Source: Trichodesmium erythraeum IMS101 (GTDB taxonomy: Bacteria; Cyanobacteriota; Cyanobacteriia; Cyanobacteriales; Microcoleaceae). Taken from it: a stretch of 32,000 bases of DNA. The notes under the pieces were generated by a model that saw nothing but the letters and a program-made list of their open reading frames with translations, had not been told where the DNA came from and did not search any database. Location of the stretch: the NCBI RefSeq assembly GCF_000014265.1, contig NC_008312.1, positions 720,001-752,000 of the forward strand, in the 5' to 3' direction. A program made the position numbers and the translations under genes. Within the stretch, counting starts at the first letter, position 1. Each line of letters starts with the position of its first letter. This document shows positions 1 to 9,655 of the stretch, piece by piece.

Positions 1-174
1 TCAACTCGTCCAGTATTAGAAAAGTTGGAACTTTAAATAATTCACTAGTTACTACTAGATAATTGAGATACTTTAAGTTTTTCAACAATGTTTATCAGTG
101 ATCAGAACCAGTAAGGTAAACTAAATCGAGGCATTAACATCTAAAAACTTGCTGTTATATCTGCCTTTGAGTAG

Positions 175-456
<282 letters not shown>

Positions 457-527
457 TACTAACTTCCCTCTATTAATTTTTGGTTGGAAATTTAATAGGA
501 GGGAGGGAAAACCTTATGTGACATACT

Positions 528-566
528 CCCGCACTAAGCTGAGGCTATAGTGTGGGCTTTTTGTTT
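528..566 (+). terminator. Candidate intrinsic terminator downstream of psaC
   Basis: CCCGCACTA (528-536) pairs with TAGTGTGGG (548-556), a 9-bp stem with one G-T pair. It is followed by CTTTTTGTTT. Confidence 0.5.
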
Positions 567-1507
567 CCCAGTACTCCTCAATAGGTTAAATAAACTCCAA
601 GATTTTTCAGGACTCAACGCCCTGTCGCTGTATTTTTTATATTTATTGCCACCTTTAGATCGTGGTCTATATACTATGGCACAAGGCCAAAATTAGTTTT
701 GTGGGATACAGCATTTGGCCACAGTTAGAGCGGAGAATGCTTAACTATTTCTTTAAAAATAACAAAAAAAGTTTAGTTATTCAAAGTAAAATTTGCTTCG
801 TTTGAATTGAAGGATATTTCAATTCACCAATGGGCATATATTTTTAGTTAATTTACTTAATAAAATTAAACCATGTTTTTTCTAATTTTTTTTCTGATTA
901 CCACTAGAAAATGACTGGTATTAAAAATTAGGTAAAAGTAAGACTAGGGTCAAGTCTGCCGATCGCTACTTAAGTTGCATAAACTCTGTGAAAAGTCAAC
1001 TCCTATCACACCTTTGAGTGGCTATAACTCCTCACGGCTAATAGCTCGGGAGGATGTTAAATGAAACATAAATTCTGTGATTCTTAAATGGAGAATGGTT
1101 TGAGCTATTTGCATCTATTTTCCGGCCCTAAAATAATCAACTGGCAGATGGTGTTGTAGTTCACTCTCTAGTTAGGGATGCTGGAGCCCTTGCTCCTATA
1201 AGTGGCCTAATTTCTGATAAGTCAAAACCGATCTGGGTTTTGCCAATTAACTGTTTTGAGTGGTAAAAGCACTTACAAAAAGAGCTTGTCAACTTTGGGA
1301 GATACCCTATCAGTAGACAGCTTTCTACTGTGTATTGTTAAAAATTTAGAGGACACTAATACTATCGGGACTAATTTACCCCTATTTTTTGATTTTTTTG
1401 GCCATTGGTCATAATTCCATAAACATTTAACTTATCCTGTGGAATAAGTAAATTTGAGGGAATATATCTTAAATAGTGATTAAAAATTAATAGGAGTAAA
1501 AAATTAA

Positions 1508-3409
1508 ATGTGTGGAATTGTTGGTTATGTTGGTACACAGTTAGCTACAGAAATTTTACTATCAGGATTAGAAAAACTAGAATATCGGGGTTATGATTCT
1601 GCTGGTGTGGCCACTATTTGTAATGGTCAAGTTAAATCTGTTCGTGCTAAAGGTAAGCTATACAACCTACGGGAAAAATTGGCAGGAGTGGAAATGTTAG
1701 CTAATGTTGGCATTGGTCATACTCGTTGGGCAACTCATGGTAAACCGGAAGAATATAATGCTCACCCCCATACGGATGATACGGAGCGAGTCGCAGTAGT
1801 AGAAAATGGAATTGTAGAAAATTATCGGGAGTTACGCAAAGAATTGGAAAGTCAGGGGCATAAGTTTGTTTCTGAGACGGATACGGAAGTTATTCCTCAT
1901 TTAATTGCAGAATTTTTATCTAATTTTGCGGGAAACGAGAAAGGGAGAACGAAGAACAGGGAAAATTTTTTAGAGGCAGTGCGTCAGACTGTGAATAAGT
2001 TGGATGGGGCATTTGCGATCGCTGTTGTTTGTGCAGACTATCCGAATGAAATTATTGTTGCTAGACAGCAAGCACCTATATCTATCGGTTTAGGTCAAGG
2101 GGAGTTTTTTTGTGCTTCTGATACTCCTGCTCTTATATCTCATACTCAAGTTGTTGTCAGTTTGGACAATGGAGAAATGGCACGGTTAACTCCTCTGGGA
2201 GTCGAAGTTTATAATTTTGATGGCGATCGTATCAATAAACTACCTCGTATTCTTAATTGGAGTCCAAATTTAGTTGACAAAAACATTTTTAAGCATTTTA
2301 TGCTTAAGGAAATACATGAGCAACCAAATGTTATTAGGAATTGTTTAGAAACTTATATTAATAGTGATTGGGATGTGAAAAATATTCAGATTTCTCCTAC
2401 TAATTTAAACTTGTCGTCATCTTTATATAAAAATTTGGAACAGGTGGAAATTTTTGCCTGTGGTACTAGTTGGCATGCGAGTTTGATTGGTAAGTATTTA
2501 TTAGAACAATTAGCAGGAATTTCGACTACGGTAAATTATGCTTCTGAAGCTCGTTATGCTCCTTCTCCTCTGAGAGCAAATACTCTAACAATTGGTGTTA
2601 CTCAGTCTGGTGAGACGGCTGATACTTTGGCAGCTTTAGCAATAGAACAACAGCGTCGTTTAGATAAACCTGTTGAATTCACGTCAAGATTATTAGGAAT
2701 TACTAACCGGGTAGAAAGTTCTATTGCTAGTTTAGTGCATCAAATTATTGATATTCGGGCAGGTGTTGAAATTGGGGTTGCTGCAACTAAAACATTTGTG
2801 GCACAGGTAATAGCTTTTTATTTTTTAGCTATAGATTTAGGATGGCAACGAAAATATTTATCTGGGGAAAAAATCGCAGAAATTATTAATGGTTTACAAA
2901 AAATTCCGGCACAGATGGAACAGATTTTAGATTCTCAAAATAGTCAAATTGAAGATTTTGCTCACCAGTTTAATAACACTCAAGATTTGATTTTTATAGG
3001 TAGGGGAATTAATTATCCAATTGCTTTAGAGGGTGCTTTGAAATTGAAGGAAATTAGTTATATTCATGCGGAGGGATATCCAGCGGGTGAGATGAAACAT
3101 GGTCCGATCGCTTTGTTGGATGATCAAGTACCTGTGGTGGCGATCGCTATGCCTGGTTTGGTTTATGAAAAGGTGCTTTCTAATGCTCAGGAAGCTAAGG
3201 CGAGGGATGCGCAGTTAATTGGGGTGACTCCTGAAAGTACGGAGGTGGATATGTTTGATAATGTGTTGGCGGTGCCGGCAGTGGATGAGTTGTTGTCGCC
3301 GATGTTAACTGTTATTCCTTTGCAGTTGTTAGCTTATCATATTGCTGCTCATCGTGGTTTGGATGTGGATCAGCCACGGAATTTGGCGAAGTCGGTGACA
3401 GTGGAGTAA
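1508..3409 (+). CDS. glmS: Glutamine--fructose-6-phosphate aminotransferase (isomerizing), 633 aa
   Basis: N-terminal MCGIVGY Ntn-amidotransferase start, two SIS domains (GTSWHAS, SQSGETADT), C-terminal KSVTVE. AGGAG lies upstream of the ATG. Confidence 0.95.
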   Translation: MCGIVGYVGTQLATEILLSGLEKLEYRGYDSAGVATICNGQVKSVRAKGKLYNLREKLAGVEMLANVGIGHTRWATHGKPEEYNAHPHTDDTERVAVVENGIVENYRELRKELESQGHKFVSETDTEVIPHLIAEFLSNFAGNEKGRTKNRENFLEAVRQTVNKLDGAFAIAVVCADYPNEIIVARQQAPISIGLGQGEFFCASDTPALISHTQVVVSLDNGEMARLTPLGVEVYNFDGDRINKLPRILNWSPNLVDKNIFKHFMLKEIHEQPNVIRNCLETYINSDWDVKNIQISPTNLNLSSSLYKNLEQVEIFACGTSWHASLIGKYLLEQLAGISTTVNYASEARYAPSPLRANTLTIGVTQSGETADTLAALAIEQQRRLDKPVEFTSRLLGITNRVESSIASLVHQIIDIRAGVEIGVAATKTFVAQVIAFYFLAIDLGWQRKYLSGEKIAEIINGLQKIPAQMEQILDSQNSQIEDFAHQFNNTQDLIFIGRGINYPIALEGALKLKEISYIHAEGYPAGEMKHGPIALLDDQVPVVAIAMPGLVYEKVLSNAQEAKARDAQLIGVTPESTEVDMFDNVLAVPAVDELLSPMLTVIPLQLLAYHIAAHRGLDVDQPRNLAKSVTVE

Positions 3410-3445
3410 TATTTTGTTAATTTGCGTTACTGATGTGGGAGGATA

Positions 3446-3482
3446 GACATATTCCCTAGTGTAAACGCGCGGGGAATATGTC
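3446..3482 (+). other. Perfect 11-bp inverted repeat (stem-loop) about 37 nt after the glmS stop
   Basis: GACATATTCCC (3446-3456), a 15-nt loop, then GGGAATATGTC (3472-3482). There is no adjacent T-run, so it is not a classical terminator. Confidence 0.35.
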
Positions 3483-4334
3483 AACAAAACTGGTGTTTTC
3501 TTTAAGTGATAAAGCATGAAATGGGAGTAAATGCAAGTAGCAATGGGGGGTTAAAGTTAGTTTTTTGCACTCTGTGGGAATTTGCTGAATAGTTTGATCA
3601 ATATATAAAATTTTTCCCAGCAGATGGAGGCAAGTTATTAGGTGATGCTGCCAATAATTTTATTGTTATAGGCTTTCAGGTGGTTGCGTGTCCATTGCTC
3701 TATTTTGCTGATCAAATCATCTGATAAAATAGTAGGCTGGTTAGTTTGCTTAGTAATAATGAAAATAAGTAGCTTATCGGTTGTGATATAACACTGAATA
3801 ATTGCTACACGATCGCTTAAATTTGAACTACATGGCTCAAATTGAAAACCTGAAATAATAGGCTGGTATTGGTTTTGCAGTTTGTTATGCTCTTGTCGAA
3901 GTTGTTGGAGATGTTGAGCTAAGTTTGTTGTGTTTCACTTTGTTCTACAAGGGCTGATATTTTTCTTGAGATACTCACTGCATTTTTCTTGACATACTCA
4001 CTGCATTGGCTTTAATATTATAATGTGGGGTTATGAGCTCAGATAATCAGGACTTGAGTATAGTCGCAGGTAGTGCGTTATTTATGGGTTGGTGTAAGTT
4101 CTGACTATTAGACTTTGTTTGGTTTCACTTTTTCTGCCTAACCTACACATAAAATTACAGATAAGACTCTTGAAAATATGGTTCAAAATATTCAATAAGG
4201 GCTAATAGTAATTTGTTTATAGTTGATGATATTTGAGGGTGAACTTTTGCTCAGATATTATTTATAATTGTTATATATGATAGACTAGGATAAATGTAAA
4301 TTTTTTTTATCAATATAAGTCTATTGAAAGTAAA

Positions 4335-5195
4335 ATGACTAATTACACAAGCTTACACAGTGATAAAGAATGGTGGACTCAGCAATGGATAGATTTGTTA
4401 AATTCTTATCGGTATAAAAAACGATTAGAACGAGCTAGAAATTATGCTCGGCAAGGCAATGTTCTCAGCTTAGAATTTAAGGATCAAAAAATTATTGCTG
4501 AAGTTCAAGGTACAGCACCTGAACCCTACAAGTTATTTTTATGGTTAGATACTTTTACTGATGAAGACTGGAGTTATATTATTCAAACTATGTCAGAAAG
4601 AGCAATTTTTACTGCTAAATTATTGGCTGGAGAAATGCCTCAAGATATAGAAGAAGTTTTTGCTGCTAATGGTTTAAGATTATTTCCTTTTACATTAGAT
4701 GAAATTCATTCTAAATGTAGCTGCCCAGACCCAGCTAAAGTTTGTAAACATATTGGAGCAGTTTATTATTTATTAGGCGATCGCTTCAGTGATGACCCAT
4801 TTTTATTGTTTCAATTAAGGGGTCGTACTAAAGAAAGAATTTTAGAAGAATTACGTCAAAAACGTGGTCAAAGTGAAGATGAAAAAGTTCCAGAAGCGAA
4901 AAATTTTAAGTCTAAAAAAACCAAGGTTTCGGATTCCTTAACTGTGGCTTCAGCTACTCAAGAATCTCTAAGTTTTGAGAATTTTTGGCAATATAATCAA
5001 CAGTTAGATCCTTCCTTAGTAGTGATTAGTCCATCCCCTAGTAATGAAATAGTTTTAGATGTTTTGGGGGATGTTCCTTTCGGTTCATCTGCTAATGTTG
5101 TTATGAATTATTTCCAGAAAATTTATCAGAATATTAGTCAACAGGCGGTAATGACAGCGTTAAACCAGGGAGAAGATAAAAAAAGAGGTTTTTAA
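4335..5195 (+). CDS. SWIM zinc-finger family protein, 286 aa
   Basis: CxC-Xn-CxH motif (SKCSCPDPAKVCKHIGAVYYLL), typical of the SWIM domain. Single long ORF in an otherwise ORF-free region. Confidence 0.8.
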   Translation: MTNYTSLHSDKEWWTQQWIDLLNSYRYKKRLERARNYARQGNVLSLEFKDQKIIAEVQGTAPEPYKLFLWLDTFTDEDWSYIIQTMSERAIFTAKLLAGEMPQDIEEVFAANGLRLFPFTLDEIHSKCSCPDPAKVCKHIGAVYYLLGDRFSDDPFLLFQLRGRTKERILEELRQKRGQSEDEKVPEAKNFKSKKTKVSDSLTVASATQESLSFENFWQYNQQLDPSLVVISPSPSNEIVLDVLGDVPFGSSANVVMNYFQKIYQNISQQAVMTALNQGEDKKRGF

Positions 5196-5803
5196 TAGGA
5201 TAGCTAAAAAAAACTTAAAAAAAATAAAAGCGCTTTTTTTTATATCAATAAAAAAAGAACGCTTGCTTTATTTTATATTACCCAGATATTTGAATGTACT
5301 TATAGTACTGGAATATTTTAAAAAAGTCAAATCTTTTTCCCAAAAAATTAAGTAAAGTTATGTGAGGAAAAAAGTCCAAATCAATTATATTAAAATTCAG
5401 TAATATTAAGGACCAAAATAAAATTGCTTTACCCAAAATTAACTACTGGTTTTGGAGGGTTAAAAGCCTCTATCTCTAAGGTTATATTTGATTAATATTT
5501 TTGTTTTTTTGAACATAAAAATTGACAAAGGCAAGAAAATATGTTAGCTGCTATTAAACAAATATTTCAGAAGAGTAAATATATGGAAAAAAATGGTTTG
5601 AAATATATGTTTTCTCCCATACTATAATTTGACGCTTTCTTTACCGCCTACCCCCCCATTCCCTGGGCAGATAAGGGAAGTAGTGGGGATATTTTAAACC
5701 AACTACAAAAATGAACAAACTATTAATTTGTCACTTCCTCATCAACTCCCCTTAATACACCAAACCCTTCCCTATTTTTTTGATTAAGTTAATACTTTCA
5801 TTT

Positions 5804-6748
5804 TCAATTTAACCAAGGGCGAGTAATTTGTTCTAATTGATTAAATTCTTCTTGAGTCATTTCCCAACCTATTGCTCCAATATTTTGTCGAACTTGCTCA
5901 GAATTTTTACAGCCAGCAATAGGAATTACACTATCTTGAAAAACTAACCAATTAAGTGCAACTTGTGCCGGAGTTTTGTTATATTTTTCCCCAATTTGGT
6001 TTAACAAAGACATAACGGGAGCAATTTTTTCTAAACCACTCTTTTGAAAACGAAAATCAAATTGGCGAGCCCCAGTAGGTGACTTTTCTAAAGTGTATTT
6101 TCCAGTTAATAACCCTTGAGCTAAAGGACTATAAGCTAAAATTGTAATTCCTAATTTTTTGGCTGTATTTAAAATTCCTTTAGTTTCTATTTTACGGGAA
6201 AGCAAAGAATATTTCACTTGATTTGTGGCTAATATTACCCCTCGTTTTTCCAAAATTTTATGAGCTTGACTCATCTCTTCCTCAGAATAATTACTAACAC
6301 CAACCGCTTCAATTCTACCCTGCTTAACTTCATCTGCTAAAGCATTTAATAATGTTTCCTGACTCATCAAAAATGTAAAAGGCCAATGTACTTGATAAAG
6401 AGTAACTTTGGGAACTATTAATCGTTTTAGACTAGCAGTCACAGCATCAGCAACTGAGTCTGGAAAAAGTCGCCAAGGTAGAGGACCATATTTAGTAGCA
6501 ATTTGCACAGGTCTTTCAGTTTCTTGCATAAATTTTCCCAGCAATTCTTCTGATAAACCATTGCCATAAACTTCGGCAGTATCAAAGAAATTTACCCCAG
6601 CTTCTAGGGAGGTTTTAAAAGCGGCTTCTACTTCATTTGCTCCATAATTACTGCCATAATTCCAAAAAAGTTTATCCCCCCAAGCCCAAGTGCCGATACA
6701 AATTGGGTTAACAGTTATTCCTGTTGTACCTAGAGTAGTTGTTGCCAT
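5804..6748 (-). CDS. Aldo/keto reductase family oxidoreductase, 314 aa
   Basis: AKR hallmarks: GTWAWG, FFDTAEVYG, QVHWP, GVSNY, LAYSPLAQGLLTGKY. Confidence 0.9.
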   Translation of the reverse strand: MATTTLGTTGITVNPICIGTWAWGDKLFWNYGSNYGANEVEAAFKTSLEAGVNFFDTAEVYGNGLSEELLGKFMQETERPVQIATKYGPLPWRLFPDSVADAVTASLKRLIVPKVTLYQVHWPFTFLMSQETLLNALADEVKQGRIEAVGVSNYSEEEMSQAHKILEKRGVILATNQVKYSLLSRKIETKGILNTAKKLGITILAYSPLAQGLLTGKYTLEKSPTGARQFDFRFQKSGLEKIAPVMSLLNQIGEKYNKTPAQVALNWLVFQDSVIPIAGCKNSEQVRQNIGAIGWEMTQEEFNQLEQITRPWLN

Positions 6749-7052
6749 GGTAAAAGTTTTCCTAATTACTGTATAATGTCTGGAAATTGACGATGAATTG
6801 TCGGTTATATTTCCATCTAAATAGATGTTAATTCAGTTCTCTTAATATGGCTATGGCTAAAAAGTAGGTTCTGAGGTTTTTCCTTTTACCTAAAGCAGTT
6901 GTTGCCATTGTAAAATTTTTATTAATTAATTTTCTCAATTACTGTATAATGTCTGGAAATTGACGATAAGTTGTCGGTTATGTTTCTATCTATAGATGTT
7001 AATTCAGTGCTCTTAATATAGCTATGACTAAAAGGTAGGCTCTGAGGTTTTC
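6738..7052. repeat. Tandem duplication (about 145-155 bp, 2 copies, period about 160 bp) of the AKR 5' end and upstream region
   Basis: Copy A (6738-6881) starts AGTTGTTGCCATGG, which includes the AKR start codon. Copy B (6898-7052) starts AGTTGTTGCCATTG, where the start codon is destroyed. Both contain ACTGTATAATGTCTGGAAATTGACGAT and TTAATTCAGT.CTCTTAATAT.GCTATG.CTAAAA.GTAGG.TCTGAGGTTTT. Confidence 0.85.
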
Positions 7053-7130
7053 TCTTAGATAGGAGATAAAAAAAATAAGCTTCTATATTTTTAGCTGATG
7101 ATTTTAGCTAGAAATGCTTATAAATAATGA

Positions 7131-7172
7131 CTGATAACTGATAACTGATAACTAATAGCTGATAACTCATAA
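7131..7172 (+). repeat. Heptamer tandem repeat (CTGATAA)n, 6 units of which 4 are perfect
   Basis: CTGATAA CTGATAA CTGATAA CTAATAG CTGATAA CTCATAA, ending 6 nt before the ATG at 7178. Resembles cyanobacterial STRR-type heptamer repeats. Confidence 0.85.
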
Positions 7173-7177
7173 ATGAA

Positions 7178-8614
7178 ATGACAAGTAAAGATTTAAAAGG
7201 TACAAAAATCGATAATATTGATATGGAAAAAAATTTTCCTAAACTTAATTTATTCACTATGTTTAGATTGGGTTTCTATCAAATGGGATTAGGAACAATG
7301 TCAGTTTTAACTCTTGGAGTTTTAAACCGAGTTATGATTGCTGAATTAAAAATTCCTGCCACAATAGTAGCCATAACTTTATCGTTATATCAATTTATGG
7401 CTCCAGCAAGGGTTTGGTTTGGTCAAATGTCTGATACTAAGCCTTTGCTTGGTAAACATCGCACTGGTTATATGTGGATAGGAGCGGTTTTTTTTACGGT
7501 AACTGCTTTTTTTGCTGTGCAAGCTATGTGGCAGGTTGGTGATAGTTTAAGGGTTAATGGTTGGTCTAATTCTACTTATTTTTGGATTGGTATTTTAGGC
7601 TTAATGTTTATATTTTATGGTTTGGCTTTAAGTGCAAGTTCTACACCTTTTGCTGCTTTATTAGTAGATATTTCTGATGAAGATAATCGTTCTAAGGTTG
7701 TCGGTATAGTCTGGTCAATGTTGATGGTGGGAATTATTATTGGGGCTATTACTAGTAGTTTTTTATTGAAACAAGTTGGTGTGGATGCTCCGTTAGAAAC
7801 TGTTCAAGTTTCTATTAATAATTTGTTTATTATAATACCGGCAATTGTTTTGGTTTTTGCTTTTATTGGTACTGTGGGAGTTGAGGAAAAATACTCTCGT
7901 TATGGCAGTCGTTCAACTATTGCTAACCGGGAGGATCAAGTTACTATGGGAACAACTTTAAAAATTTTAAAGGCTAATAGACAAACTGGTTTGTTTTTTA
8001 CTTTTGTGTTTGTATTAATTATTAGTTTGTTTATGCAGGATGCTGTTTTGGAGCCTTATGCTGGGGAAATATTTCTGATGCCAATTTCTGAAAGTACTAG
8101 GTTGAATGCTGTTTCGGGAATAGGAACTTTAATTGGGTTAGGTACAACGGGTTTTTTAGTAGTACCAAGGTTGGGAAAGAAAAATTCTTTGAAGGTTGGA
8201 TGTGTGGCAACAACAATTAGTTTTATTTTGATAGTTATGTCTGGGTTTACTGGTAAGCTTTCTTTGTTTTTAAGTGCTTTATTTTTGTATGGTTTGGCTG
8301 CAGGTTTAACTACTACTGCTGCTCTTAGTTTAATGTTAGATTTAACGGCGGCGGAAACGGCGGGAACTTTTATTGGGGCTTGGGGTTTAGCACAGGCAAT
8401 GGCACGAGGTTTATCTACGGTTATTGGTGGTGTGACTTTGGATGTTGGTCGCCGTTTATTTAATGTTTCAATGTTGGCTTATGGGTTGGTTTTTCTATTA
8501 GCAGGAGTGGGAATGATACTTTCTATTTTCTTGCTCAATAGGGTTAATGTTAGAGAATTTCAAGATAATGCTAGTGTGGCGATCGCTACTATTTTAGAGG
8601 GAGAATTAGATTAG
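7178..8614 (+). CDS. BCD/PucC-LhaA family MFS transporter-like protein, 478 aa
   Basis: About 12 predicted TM segments. The N-terminal motif LGFYQMGLG...VLNRVMIAEL and QFMAP.RVWFGQMSD are typical of the PucC/BCD family. Confidence 0.8.
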   Translation: MTSKDLKGTKIDNIDMEKNFPKLNLFTMFRLGFYQMGLGTMSVLTLGVLNRVMIAELKIPATIVAITLSLYQFMAPARVWFGQMSDTKPLLGKHRTGYMWIGAVFFTVTAFFAVQAMWQVGDSLRVNGWSNSTYFWIGILGLMFIFYGLALSASSTPFAALLVDISDEDNRSKVVGIVWSMLMVGIIIGAITSSFLLKQVGVDAPLETVQVSINNLFIIIPAIVLVFAFIGTVGVEEKYSRYGSRSTIANREDQVTMGTTLKILKANRQTGLFFTFVFVLIISLFMQDAVLEPYAGEIFLMPISESTRLNAVSGIGTLIGLGTTGFLVVPRLGKKNSLKVGCVATTISFILIVMSGFTGKLSLFLSALFLYGLAAGLTTTAALSLMLDLTAAETAGTFIGAWGLAQAMARGLSTVIGGVTLDVGRRLFNVSMLAYGLVFLLAGVGMILSIFLLNRVNVREFQDNASVAIATILEGELD

Positions 8615-9601
8615 AAAGTTAGGGTTTTAATTTGCTGGGAGTTTTACTTTTCTCAGACTTATTTTGTTTGTTTATTTCTGACTCTGGATATGGCAAAGAA
8701 TGGGTTGAAAATTGTTGAGGTTAAGTTTAAGTATGAAGGCTATAACTAGACTGTTTTTTTCTGATATTTTTTGTCTCTGAGGGTTTTTGGTCTGGTGATG
8801 ATCTTGCTGACAATGTTCAGGGTCAACACCATGACTCTGCTTTTCCTGACTATACAAATGACTATGGTTTTGACTCTAATATTTCACTACCTAGCTATGT
8901 GGGTGATATTGACTGTCTTTTTTATTTCTTAAATTGAATTTAGAGGACGACGACTACAGGGCTGATGGTTTCAGCGACTATGGTTGGGTAAATAATGATT
9001 TTGACTCTGGTTCTTTTTCTGGTCATTTTTTGATATTACAAGGGCAAGTTATGAAACGGATGTCTATTTAGATATTGAGAATAATTGAGTTCAGGTTCGC
9101 GATAGTCCTGTTCTCTGCTTCAGGGAGGGGTTAGCTGCTGTTGTAGGTCGTTGCTATTACTATCCCCAGAAAATACTTTTAGATAATTCTTGGGAAAATG
9201 GTGGTGATGGTTACTGATCATAGTATCGCCTCTGCTTTGAATATTTCTTTTTGAGTAACTGCTGTTAAGTCTTCCGGAGTCGGTTGTAGAAAATCTCAAG
9301 TATTGGCAGAATTTTCTGAAAAAGCAGGGTCTAAAATGACTATTACCCTCTTGGTGGTCGGTCTTGTAGCAGCGATCGCCTGTTTATTTTGGGAGTTGTC
9401 GGCTTTTCTTGAGCCCTCCAGTTTTCTTCTAAAGTTTCAGTCAGACTTTGCCTAGGCATCACCATTCGTTTTTCTCACTCACTTTTCCCCATGTTCTTTT
9501 TGATCAAATATTCAGGCTTTAACTGCCATAGCTGTGAACCCCTCTTTCTATCTAGATGTTTTGTATAATTTGCTACATTGTCTCTGAGTCTAAAAAAATT
9601 T

Positions 9602-9618
9602 TTCCCGCAGAGCGGGAA
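9602..9618 (-). terminator. Hairpin after copy 1 of the kinase array: candidate intrinsic terminator, or alternatively a DGR target-associated hairpin
   Basis: The minus strand reads TTCCCGC-TCT-GCGGGAA (7-bp perfect stem, 3-nt loop) followed by AAATTTTTTTAG. It lies 38 nt past the stop codon. Confidence 0.45.
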
Positions 9619-9655
9619 GGAACCACAAAGGGCAAGAGGGCAAAAGGGCAAAGGG

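Noticed and set aside
1300-1507. A glmS ribozyme in the glmS 5' leader
   Set aside because: The leader is A/T-rich with no recognisable conserved ribozyme core. This riboswitch is characteristic of Firmicutes rather than cyanobacteria. I cannot exclude it without a covariance-model scan.
3329-3517. 62-aa minus-strand ORF overlapping the glmS 3' end
   Set aside because: It overlaps the strongly supported glmS CDS in antisense, has no motifs, and includes the inverted-repeat region.
8672-8857. 61-aa minus-strand ORF, and the small ORFs 26054-26278 and 26804-26989
   Set aside because: They are short, have no motifs, and lie in regions that look like decayed or non-coding sequence.
8615-9655. 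A template repeat hidden in the ORF-free kilobase downstream of array copy 1, or in 17884-18640 or the inter-unit spacers
   Set aside because: I read both strands for the invariant VR anchors (CGTGGCGGCTCCTGG, GGTGTCGCTC, GGTTTTCGT) and for runs of AAC/GTT. None were found outside the four VRs. The region has only faint acidic DYGF/DFDSG-like coding traces without a frame.
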